From: Candidatus Paracaedimonas acanthamoebae
GTDB taxonomy: Bacteria; Pseudomonadota; Alphaproteobacteria; Caedimonadales; Caedimonadaceae
DNA length: 32,000 nt
Reading direction: 5' to 3'
Assembly: GCA_000743035.1 (NCBI GenBank)
Contig: CP008936.1
Span: 1-32,000 of the forward strand
Below the pieces are notes generated by a model. The model did not search any database. It was not told the origin of the DNA and worked only from the letters and a program-made list of their open reading frames with translations. Shown piece after piece: positions 1-11,902 of the stretch (its first letter is position 1; each line of letters starts with the position of its first letter). A program made the translations under genes and the position numbers.

Positions 1-1353
1 ATGGAAGATCTTTGGAAACAAATTCAACCACGTTGCTTGGAGGCATTTGGTGAAAGCACCTATCAAAATTGGATTGTACCTCTTCGTATTAAAGATTTTC
101 TAACAGGTCGCCTTGTCATCGCTGCACCTTCACGATTTGTTCGTGATTGGGTTCAAAAAAACTGTATGCAAAAACTTTTAAGTTTTTTGCAACAACATGA
201 TAAAGCCATCTTAGCGCTGGACTTTATCGTTGAGGCTCCCTCTCTTACTCCTGAAAAGAAAAATGTTTCACGTGAAACAATTTCTGAAGACCCCAACCTT
301 GTCTTTGAAGAGGGATTAGAAGATGTCTCTTCGCGTCTTGAGCCACGATATACGTTTGAGGCTTTTGTTGTTGGTAAACCTAATGAACTTGCTCATGCGG
401 CTGCACGTCGAGTAGCAGAAGAAGAAAGTGTCACTTTTAATCCTCTTTTTCTTTACGGAGGCGTAGGATTAGGAAAAACTCATTTAATGCATTCAATTGC
501 ATGGCATATTCGTAAAAATCATCCGCAACGCAAAGTTATTTATCTATCCGCCGAAAAGTTCATGTACCTGTTTATTCGGGCTTTAAGGTTCAAAAATATG
601 ATGGCTTTTAAAGAACAATTTCGCTCAGTTGATGTTTTGATGATTGATGATTTTCAATTTATTAGTGGAAAAGACTCAACCCAAGAAGAATTCTTTCATA
701 CTTTCAATGCTTTAGTTGATCAAAATCGTCAAATTATTATCTCAGCAGATAAGTCGCCCTCTGATCTTGAAGGGCTTGAAGAAAGAATGAGGTCTCGTTT
801 AGGGTGGGGGCTCGTTGCGGATATTCATCCAACAACATATGAACTTCGTTTAGGGATTTTACAATCTAAGGCAGAACAGCTTGAAAAGCCGATTCCCAGC
901 CGTGTACTCGAATTTTTGGCGCATAAAATTACCTCCAATGTTCGTGAGCTTGAAGGCGCTCTGAACCGTATTATTGCCCATTCAATGTTGGTTGGACGCG
1001 AGATAAGTCTTGAATCGACAACGGAAGTATTACGCGATGTCTTGCGCGCCAATGATCGGCGAGTGACGGTTGAGGATATTCAAAAAAGAGTTTCAGAGCA
1101 TTTCAATGTTCGTCTGACAGATATGCATTCGCCTAAGCGTCTTCGTTCAGTGGCACGACCACGCCAGATTGCCATGTATTTGGCCAAACAATTGACCTCC
1201 TATTCGTTGCCCGATATTGGTCGAAAATTTGGAGGGCGCGATCATACGACAGTCATGCATGCGGTAAAAAAAATTGAAGAACTTCAACAAAGTGATACGA
1301 GCTTGGCTGAAGATCTAGATCTTTTAAAGCGCATGTTGCAACAGGGAAGTTGA
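1..1353 (+). CDS. dnaA: Chromosomal replication initiator protein DnaA
   Basis: 450-aa ORF starting at window position 1. It has an AAA+ Walker A (GGVGLGKTHL), Walker B (LMIDDFQF) and sensor motifs. The C-terminal DnaA-box-binding helix-turn-helix is present (IGRKFGGRDHTTVMHA). It is followed by dnaN-recF-gyrB. Confidence 0.97.
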   Translation: MEDLWKQIQPRCLEAFGESTYQNWIVPLRIKDFLTGRLVIAAPSRFVRDWVQKNCMQKLLSFLQQHDKAILALDFIVEAPSLTPEKKNVSRETISEDPNLVFEEGLEDVSSRLEPRYTFEAFVVGKPNELAHAAARRVAEEESVTFNPLFLYGGVGLGKTHLMHSIAWHIRKNHPQRKVIYLSAEKFMYLFIRALRFKNMMAFKEQFRSVDVLMIDDFQFISGKDSTQEEFFHTFNALVDQNRQIIISADKSPSDLEGLEERMRSRLGWGLVADIHPTTYELRLGILQSKAEQLEKPIPSRVLEFLAHKITSNVRELEGALNRIIAHSMLVGREISLESTTEVLRDVLRANDRRVTVEDIQKRVSEHFNVRLTDMHSPKRLRSVARPRQIAMYLAKQLTSYSLPDIGRKFGGRDHTTVMHAVKKIEELQQSDTSLAEDLDLLKRMLQQGS

Positions 1354-1461
1354 AAGCTTATGACCTTGTGCCGGCAGCTGATATCCTCTATAGGCGTCGG
1401 CAAATTTTTATGGTAGGTATGATCTTACCCCTGAAGAAACTAGCAAAGTGGAATTTAGAAC

Positions 1462-2570
1462 ATGCAACTGACCCTCGAACGTAATCAATTTTTAAAGGCT
1501 TTAAGTCATGCTCAAAGTGTTGTTGAAAAACGCACGACAGTTCCTATTTTAGCCCACGTTCTTTTAGAGGCGGAAAGTGGTCAATTGCGTTTGACCTCAA
1601 CTGACCTTGAATTAGCTATTGTTGAAACCGTTCCTGCCAAAATTCAAAAAGCAGGAGGAACAACGGTTTCTGCACAACTTCTGCATGATATCGTGCGGAA
1701 ATTAAAAGATGGCTCTGATATTCAACTTTCGCTTGAAAATGAGGGATCTCATTTACAAATTATTTCAGGCCGTTCTGAGTTTAAACTTGCGTGTTTGCCG
1801 CCTGAAGATTTTCCTGCCATTAATACGACTGATTTGCCCTACCGATTTAAGGTGAATGGGAAAAATTTCTTGAATCTTCTTGAGAAGGCACGTTTTGCCA
1901 TGTCTACAGAAGAAACTCGTTATTATTTAAATGGGATTTATTTACACCCTGTCGCATCTCGTGAGATTCGTGCCGTTGCAACAGATGGGCATCGTTTAGC
2001 ACGTTTATCTCTTGCAATGCCTCAAGACCTTCCTGATTTTCCAGGTATTATTCTTTCACGAAAGACAGTCAATGAGGCGATGAAAATTTTAGGTGAGACA
2101 GAAGATGACATTGAAGTTTCACTCTCCGAGACACAAGTTAGCTTTAAATTTAATCATGTTTATTTAACATCTCGTTTAATTGATGGTTCTTTCCCGGATT
2201 ATGAAGCCATTATTCCGGCTCATAATGAAAAAACATTAAAAATGTCAATGACAGCGTTTTCAGAAGCTGTGGATCGTGTTGCCACCGTATCAACAGAAAA
2301 ATCTCGCAGTGTTAAGCTGTCAATCAATACGAACAAGATTATTTTGACCGCAAGTAATTCGGAGTTTGGAAGTGCTGTGGAAGAGCTCGAAGTTGAGTAT
2401 GCAGCGTCTCCGCTCGAACTTGGATTTAATGCGCGTTATTTGTTAGATCTCTCTCACCAATTAAGCAATACTGAAACCGAGTTTGCAATGTCAGATTCCG
2501 CAACACCTGTGGTTGTGCGTGAGGTAGATAATAATGACGCTTTTTATCTGTTAATGCCTATGCGAGTATA

Positions 2571-2571
<1 letters not shown>
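1462..2571 (+). CDS. dnaN: DNA polymerase III beta sliding clamp
   Basis: 369 aa with a typical N-terminus (MQLTLERNQFLKAL...VVEKRTTVPIL) and a typical C-terminus (YLLMPMRV). Positioned between dnaA and recF. Confidence 0.97.
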
Positions 2572-6190
<3,619 letters not shown>

Positions 6191-6539
6191 AATAGTATGA
6201 AAGAATTGAAAGTTAAATAATGAGCTCTTATTTTCTTTTAGGTTTTGTTCTGTGTATGCGTTAGATAAACCTAAAAAAATAGATCTAACGTATACTTATA
6301 AAAAACAGCCCAATTTTAAAAAGAATGATACGGTAACTTTCAAAAGATCTCATCTTGATTTAAATCCACATAAGAATGATTCTAAAAAGATAACGTACAT
6401 CGGGATCCATTCTCCTTTCATTCAGATCCAGTCCATACTAAAAGGGGAGAAAGAACTGTGGGAGAGTATTGGGAAAAGAATGCCAATATGATATCACTCA
6501 AAAAGAAAAAGAAGGGTCATTAACAGTAAGGTTAAGTAA

Positions 6540-6833
6540 ATGAAAAATTTTAATCTTTTTTATTTTGTTTTTCTTCTGCTGGGGGGATGTAGCTGTGATC
6601 ATGACGGCTGCAGAATTGATGGGACTTTTTTTCAAGGAGAAGGCAGGGAAGAAGAAAATGACTTAAAACCATGGGAAAAACCTTGCGAAACGGTGAGTGG
6701 CGTAAAAAAAGAAGAAGTTCGCTTTAAGCATAATTTTCTAACTTTAGATACTCAGACACTCTCAAGCAAAGAGATTATCTTGAAGAAAAAAAGAGAAGAA
6801 GAAAAAAAATCTATTTCTTCGAACACGCCTTAA
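6540..6833 (+). CDS. Small hypothetical lipoprotein (97 aa)
   Basis: The N-terminal signal has a lipobox-like LLGGC. The rest is Lys/Glu-rich with no recognisable domain. It lies directly upstream of the exported GH3 gene. Confidence 0.45.
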   Translation: MKNFNLFYFVFLLLGGCSCDHDGCRIDGTFFQGEGREEENDLKPWEKPCETVSGVKKEEVRFKHNFLTLDTQTLSSKEIILKKKREEEKKSISSNTP

Positions 6834-6848
6834 GTCATTGATGCATCA

Positions 6849-8012
6849 ATGTTAAAAACTTTTTCATTAATTTGTTGTTTTTTGATTGTGGCTTGTCATC
6901 AAGAAAGGTCTCACATGGTCCTAGACCAAAATTTTAATACTACTTGGCATGATATTAATGAATCTCAGCTTTCTCGCGAGATAGGCCAAATGATTATGGT
7001 TGGGTTTCATGGAACGAAATTAACGGATCCTGGCGTTCAAGAAACACTGCATTTGGCACGTGAAGGTAAAATAGGAGGAGTTATTTTCTTTGGTTATAAT
7101 ATCCTCAACCCACGCCAAGTAAAGAAATTAACTTCTGCCTTTCAGCAAGCACAACCAGGCCTTTTAATTGGAATCGATCAAGAAGGGGGTAGAGTCAAAC
7201 GACTTTCCACACGTAATGGATTTGAAGACTTCCCCTCAGCTAAAGAAGTTGCCGATACGCAGTCACCGCTACAAGCCTATCAAACGTATTTAAAAATGGC
7301 CCAAATGATTAAGTCTGCTGGCTTTAATCTGAATTTTGCTCCTGTTGTGGACCTTCATGCAGATTCTGTGGGGCATGAGTGTTCCGTGATTGGTAAAATA
7401 GAAAGAGGTTATTCAGCCGATATTCATAAGGTTGTTGATTATGCTTCGGTATTTATTAGTGCCCATCGTAAAATTGGGATTTTAACGAGCTTAAAACACT
7501 TCCCAGGACATGGTTATGCCCGCAAAGATAGTCATAAAGGAATGGTTGATATTACGGAAACTTCTTGTCTACAAGAACAAGATGTGTTTTATCGGCTTAT
7601 TGAGGCAGGAAAGGTGGATACTGTGATGTCTGGTCACCTTATTCATCGAAAATGGGATGCTCAGTATCCCACAACGTTATCTTCCCATGTTCTTAAAAAT
7701 TATTTAAGAGAGCGGATAAAATATGATGGTGTCATCATTACAGATGATTTGCATATGGGAGCGATAGGCCAACATTATAGTTTAGAAGAAGCGACAATAC
7801 AAGCCATCCGTGCTGGAAATGATATTTTGCTTTTTTCAAATAACAAAGCAGCTGCACAAGGTGTAAAGAAATTTAAAGCTTCAGCTTCTTTGGCGCAGAG
7901 GCTTCATAGTTTGATTAAAAACGCAATTAAAGAAAATAAGCTTTCTGTCTCGCAACTTCACGAAGCATTTTTAAGGATTGATATTTTAAAAAGACAGCTC
8001 TTTTACAATTGA
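6849..8012 (+). CDS. Glycoside hydrolase family 3, beta-N-acetylhexosaminidase (NagZ-like), predicted exported lipoprotein
   Basis: GH3 N-terminal-domain motifs are present: GIDQEGGRVKRL, KHFPGHG and VIITDDLHMGA. The N-terminus LICCFLIVAC resembles a lipoprotein signal, unlike canonical cytoplasmic NagZ. Confidence 0.85.
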   Translation: MLKTFSLICCFLIVACHQERSHMVLDQNFNTTWHDINESQLSREIGQMIMVGFHGTKLTDPGVQETLHLAREGKIGGVIFFGYNILNPRQVKKLTSAFQQAQPGLLIGIDQEGGRVKRLSTRNGFEDFPSAKEVADTQSPLQAYQTYLKMAQMIKSAGFNLNFAPVVDLHADSVGHECSVIGKIERGYSADIHKVVDYASVFISAHRKIGILTSLKHFPGHGYARKDSHKGMVDITETSCLQEQDVFYRLIEAGKVDTVMSGHLIHRKWDAQYPTTLSSHVLKNYLRERIKYDGVIITDDLHMGAIGQHYSLEEATIQAIRAGNDILLFSNNKAAAQGVKKFKASASLAQRLHSLIKNAIKENKLSVSQLHEAFLRIDILKRQLFYN

Positions 8013-8097
8013 AAATACTTTCTTTATCAAAAAAATTTACAATAACGTTAAAGTAGCTTAGATTTACGAGTTAAACAAATAGTTGAAAGGATAATGA

Positions 8098-8784
8098 ATG
8101 AGACCCCCATTTTTGGCCCCTGTTCATCGTGAAGGATGGATCTTTGTAGGCTTATTTTTTATATGTTCTTTGCTTCTTAATCAATTATCAAGTTTTTTGG
8201 GTGTCATCGGTTTCATCTTGACTGGTTGGTGCCTTTACTTTTTCAGAGATCCCCAACGGGTTACACCTACTCGTGAAGGGTTAGTTATTAGTCCGGCGGA
8301 CGGACTTATTGTTGCAATCACTAAAGTAAGTCCACCCTCAGAGCTTGGATTAAAAGAAGAAAAATGGCAACGTATCAGTATTTTCTTAAATGTTTTTGAT
8401 GTTCATATTAATCGTATTCCTATGGATGGTCGTATTAAAAAGAGTATTTATTATCCAGGAAAATTTTTTAATGCTTCGCTTGATAAAGCTTCAGAATTCA
8501 ATGAACGTCAATCTCTTGTTTTGGAAGCAAAAAAGGGACGGGAAATTGCCTTTGTTCAAATTGCAGGGCTTATTGCAAGGCGAATACGGTGTGATGTTCA
8601 AGAAAATCAACAAGTGCAAGCAGGTGAAAGATATGGCCTTATTCGTTTCGGAAGTCGCGTAGATCTTTACCTACCTGAAGAAACACCAATATCCGTTGTT
8701 GAGGGTCAGAAAGTTATAGGCGGAGAATCTATCATTGCTGATTTCGATTCCGCTGAGTCTTCTCGATCTGGTGTTGTGCGTTAA
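8098..8784 (+). CDS. psd: Phosphatidylserine decarboxylase proenzyme (short alphaproteobacterial type)
   Basis: 228 aa with an N-terminal membrane segment and the FGSRVD self-cleavage (pyruvoyl-forming G-S) site near the C-terminus. It lies 5 nt upstream of pssA. Confidence 0.93.
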   Translation: MRPPFLAPVHREGWIFVGLFFICSLLLNQLSSFLGVIGFILTGWCLYFFRDPQRVTPTREGLVISPADGLIVAITKVSPPSELGLKEEKWQRISIFLNVFDVHINRIPMDGRIKKSIYYPGKFFNASLDKASEFNERQSLVLEAKKGREIAFVQIAGLIARRIRCDVQENQQVQAGERYGLIRFGSRVDLYLPEETPISVVEGQKVIGGESIIADFDSAESSRSGVVR

Positions 8785-8789
8785 TTATC

Positions 8790-9617
8790 ATGGTCAAAAA
8801 AGTGAGTAAATTTGAGCGTTCAAAAGAAAGACTTCAAAAGCTTTCGTTTGCGCACCTTCTACCCAATATGGCGACGGTAATTGCCCTTTGCATAGGGTTA
8901 TCCTCTATTCGATTTGCTCTTCTGGAGAGGTATGATTATGCTGTTATTGCAATTATTATTGCGGCTTTCTTTGATGCCATGGATGGCCGTCTTGCGAGGT
9001 TGCTTGGTGCAGCAAGTGATTTTGGCGCAGAATTAGATTCGCTTTCAGATTTTATTAGTTTTGGGGTCGCACCAGCTGTTGTTTTATATATTTTATCAAT
9101 GAAGGCTTGGGCTGGACTAGGATGGACAATAATTTTATTTTTTGTTGTTTGTTGTGGTTTACGGCTTGCACGTTTTAATACTACCCTTCGAACATCAAGC
9201 CATGTCGAAGATCCTGTGTGGACTAAAAAATTTTTTATTGGTGTGCCTGCACCTGCAGGGGCCATGATTGCTTTACTTCCTTTAACGCTTTATCAGGCAA
9301 CAGAATACGAATTCTTCCTAGCTCCTTTCATCGTAATGTGTTTTCTTATTTCAGCTGGGGCCCTTTTTATTAGTAGAATTCCAACGTATTCATTTAAAAC
9401 TTATCAAATTCCTCCTAAATGTGTTCCTTTAATGCTTCTTTTAGTAGGATTACTCGTTGCATCCCTTGTCAGCGCTCCTTGGGCAACACTCTCAGTTTTA
9501 ATTGTAATTTATCTTGTGAGTCTTCCTTTTAGCTATAAAAATTATCAAAATTTAGTTGAAACAAGCTCATTAAAAGTTAAAGCTAAAAACAGCACTTCGT
9601 CAGACAACGTACAATAA
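8790..9617 (+). CDS. pssA: CDP-diacylglycerol--serine O-phosphatidyltransferase
   Basis: Carries the CDP-alcohol phosphatidyltransferase motif DAMDGRLARLLGAASDFGAELDSLSD. It is polytopic and hydrophobic, and forms an operon-like pair with psd. Confidence 0.93.
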   Translation: MVKKVSKFERSKERLQKLSFAHLLPNMATVIALCIGLSSIRFALLERYDYAVIAIIIAAFFDAMDGRLARLLGAASDFGAELDSLSDFISFGVAPAVVLYILSMKAWAGLGWTIILFFVVCCGLRLARFNTTLRTSSHVEDPVWTKKFFIGVPAPAGAMIALLPLTLYQATEYEFFLAPFIVMCFLISAGALFISRIPTYSFKTYQIPPKCVPLMLLLVGLLVASLVSAPWATLSVLIVIYLVSLPFSYKNYQNLVETSSLKVKAKNSTSSDNVQ

Positions 9618-9718
9618 TTGTATAGCTCATTAACGACTTTTTAAAAACTTCTGTTTATTAATTAAGATAAATCTCCTGCAAATTAACGGGGGAGAAGAAG
9701 TTTCTTAAAGGGTCAATT

Positions 9719-11530
9719 ATGAGTAAGGTTGTAACTGAAAATGTGATGAAAGGTAAAAATGGTATCAATTCAAAGGACATCTTACCTTTAGGCGAACATC
9801 AATCAGATCAAATCCTTAAAAACTATGATCGTCTTTTAGCCTCATTAGTGGGACAAATGACACAAGGTATTTCTCCTGCAGCTCTTTTATATGCTTTTAC
9901 TGATTGGTTGCTTCATCTCTCTCTTTCCCCGGGGAAGCAACTCCATCTTTATCATAAAGCACATAAAAAATATGTGTGTTTAATGAATTTTATCAAAGGG
10001 TTTTCTTTAGAGAATTCGAAATCTCCCTGTATTGAGCCGCTGCCTCAAGATAAGCGGTTTGACCATAAATCATGGAACTATTGGCCTTTCAATGTCTTTT
10101 ATCAGTCTTTTTTATTGGCCCAACAATGGTGGTGGAATGCGACAACAGATGTGAGTGGTGTTTCTCAACATCATACTGAAATTGTGACCTTTGTTGTTCG
10201 ACAAATTTTGGATATGGTTTCGCCTTCAAATTTTATTATGACAAATCCAGAAGTGCTGACGAAAATTTATGAAACACAAGGAAAAAATTTATTTCAAGGT
10301 TTTCTTAATTATCTTGAGGATATCAAACGAGAAGCACACCATCAATTGCCACAAGGGGTTGAAAATTATCTTCCAGGGAAAAATGTGGCAATAACAGCTG
10401 GAAAAGTTGTTTTCCAAAATAACTTAATTGAACTTATTCAGTATGCTCCTTTAACCTCAAAAGTTTATAAAGAACCTATTCTAATTGTGCCGGCTTGGAT
10501 CATGAAATATTACATCCTTGATCTTTCTCCTCATAACTCACTAGTAAAACATTTAGTTCAAGAGGGTCATACAGTTTTTATTATTTCATGGAAAAATCCA
10601 TCTCAAGAAGATGCGCATTTGGGGCTAAACGATTATATGAAATTAGGAGCCCTTGAAGCAATAAAGGCAATTGAAATAATTACGAAGCAGAAACAAATGC
10701 ATGGTGTTGGCTATTGTTTAGGAGGAACAATTTTAGCAATAACAAAAGCTTACCTAGCACGACATAAAGACACAAGATTAAAAACTTTAACATTGTTAGC
10801 AACCCAAACTGATTTTTTGGAACCAGGTGAACTAGGTTTGTTTATTGATGAAAGTCAAATAACTTTTCTTGAAAATTATATGTGGTCTAAAGGGTATTTA
10901 GATGCCGATAATTTATCGGGAGCCTTTCAACTTTTAAATTCAAAAGATCTTGTATTTTCAAGAATTGTTCAAACTTATCTCTTAGGAGAGCGGCAAGCTA
11001 TGAATGATTTAATGGCATGGAATGCAGATAAAACGCGGTTACCTTATCGTATGCATAGTGAATACTTAAGAAAGCTTTATTTGCACAATGAGCTTGCTTT
11101 GAGGAAATATGAGATTGAGGGAGAAAATATTACGCTTTATGACATAACGACACCAATTTTCTCTGTTGCAACCTCAAGAGATCATGTGGCGCCTTGGCGT
11201 TCTGTTTACAAAATTCATTTATTGACGAAATCTGAAATAACTTTTGTGCTCACAAATGGGGGCCATAATGCAGGAATTATAAGTGAGCCAGGTCATCTCC
11301 ATCGTCACTACAGAACAACGACAAGAGCACATCATGAAAATTATATAGATCCTAATCTTTGGGAACAACAAACGCCTATTAATGAGGGATCGTGGTGGCT
11401 TTTATGGTTTAGCTGGCTCAAAAAGAATTCTACTCAAGAATTGCAAATACCTCCTCCTTTGGGGGCTTCAAAAGGGACCTATCAAGCTAAAATGGATGCA
11501 CCCGGCCAATATGTACATATGAAGGCTTAA
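9719..11530 (+). CDS. phaC: Class I poly(3-hydroxyalkanoate) synthase
   Basis: 603 aa with the lipase-box-like catalytic motif GYCLGGT. It also has the conserved PhaC N-terminal region (FTDWLLHLSLSPGKQ) and a C-terminal GGHNAGI motif with the catalytic-His context. Confidence 0.9.
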   Translation: MSKVVTENVMKGKNGINSKDILPLGEHQSDQILKNYDRLLASLVGQMTQGISPAALLYAFTDWLLHLSLSPGKQLHLYHKAHKKYVCLMNFIKGFSLENSKSPCIEPLPQDKRFDHKSWNYWPFNVFYQSFLLAQQWWWNATTDVSGVSQHHTEIVTFVVRQILDMVSPSNFIMTNPEVLTKIYETQGKNLFQGFLNYLEDIKREAHHQLPQGVENYLPGKNVAITAGKVVFQNNLIELIQYAPLTSKVYKEPILIVPAWIMKYYILDLSPHNSLVKHLVQEGHTVFIISWKNPSQEDAHLGLNDYMKLGALEAIKAIEIITKQKQMHGVGYCLGGTILAITKAYLARHKDTRLKTLTLLATQTDFLEPGELGLFIDESQITFLENYMWSKGYLDADNLSGAFQLLNSKDLVFSRIVQTYLLGERQAMNDLMAWNADKTRLPYRMHSEYLRKLYLHNELALRKYEIEGENITLYDITTPIFSVATSRDHVAPWRSVYKIHLLTKSEITFVLTNGGHNAGIISEPGHLHRHYRTTTRAHHENYIDPNLWEQQTPINEGSWWLLWFSWLKKNSTQELQIPPPLGASKGTYQAKMDAPGQYVHMKA

Positions 11531-11598
11531 TGATGTTGCGCTTTTTAAAAAAGCATGATATTTTTCATTGTTTTTTATTTAACAAGGAGTTTTAATTT

Positions 11599-11826
11599 AT
11601 GAAATTTAATCTTATTTCAGTATTGGTAATGTCTTTTGCTCTAAGCTTAGCAGCATGTGAGAAAAAAGCAGAAGAAAAATCACAAGAGGAAGCGGCAAAA
11701 ACTGAAGAAACTCAAGCTCCTGCAGCACCTGCTGAACAAACACCTGCAACTCCAGAAGCTCCAGCAGAACAACCTCCTGCAGCACCTGAGGCTCCAGCTG
11801 AGACGAAGACAGAAGAGACAAAGTAA
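11599..11826 (+). CDS. Small lipoprotein with a Pro/Ala/Glu-rich repeat tail (75 aa)
   Basis: AAGGAG ribosome-binding site about 10 nt upstream. Signal peptide with a canonical lipobox (LSLAAC). The mature part is low-complexity (APAAPAEQTPATPEAPAEQPPAAPEAPAE). An intrinsic terminator follows. Confidence 0.6.
   Translation: MKFNLISVLVMSFALSLAACEKKAEEKSQEEAAKTEETQAPAAPAEQTPATPEAPAEQPPAAPEAPAETKTEETK
11716..11802 (+). repeat. Imperfect in-frame tandem repeat encoding the (A/T)PxAPAEQ-type motif
   Basis: Recurring units (gctcctgcagcacctgctgaacaa, ccagaagctccagcagaacaa, cctcctgcagcacctgaggctccagctgag) lie inside the lipoprotein gene. They explain the long stop-free ORFs in the two other frames. 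Confidence 0.55.
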
Positions 11827-11856
11827 TTTCTTTATCTTAAATGACTTTCTTAAAAA

Positions 11857-11887
11857 ACCCAGCAGGAAATCTTGCTGGGTTTTTTTA
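11857..11887 (+). terminator. Rho-independent terminator
   Basis: The stem acccagcagg/cttgctgggt has 10 bp with one G-T wobble and an aaat loop. It is followed by TTTTTT. An upstream A-tract could allow bidirectional function. Confidence 0.8.
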
Positions 11888-11902
11888 TGTTAAATTTAAA
11901 AT

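Noticed and set aside
1354-1461. Looked for oriC-like DnaA-box clusters (TTATCCACA/TGTGGATAA) around dnaA, and for a dnaA terminator. An imperfect hairpin tgccg...cggca lies at 1369-1402, followed by AATTTTT.
   Set aside because: Only scattered 7-8 of 9 matches lie inside coding regions (for example near 11917 and 13911). There is no cluster in any intergenic region. The region upstream of dnaA is outside the window, and alphaproteobacterial origins are often not next to dnaA. The hairpin has only 5 clean base pairs.
6252-6491. 79-aa GTG-initiated ORF in the gyrB-lipoprotein spacer. An 8-bp inverted repeat cgttagat/atctaacg lies at about 6258-6290.
   Set aside because: There is no ribosome-binding site and no recognisable motif, and the Lys/Asn-rich composition is typical of translated AT-rich non-coding DNA. 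I cannot support it as a gene, and the inverted repeat is short with a long AT loop.
11612-11893. Two ORFs (69 aa on the minus strand, 78 aa on the plus strand) overlapping the small PAE-repeat lipoprotein gene.
   Set aside because: They are stop-free only because of the low-complexity GCN/CCN/GAR repeat. The lipoprotein frame has the ribosome-binding site, signal peptide and lipobox, while the alternatives translate to implausible L/Q/K-rich strings.
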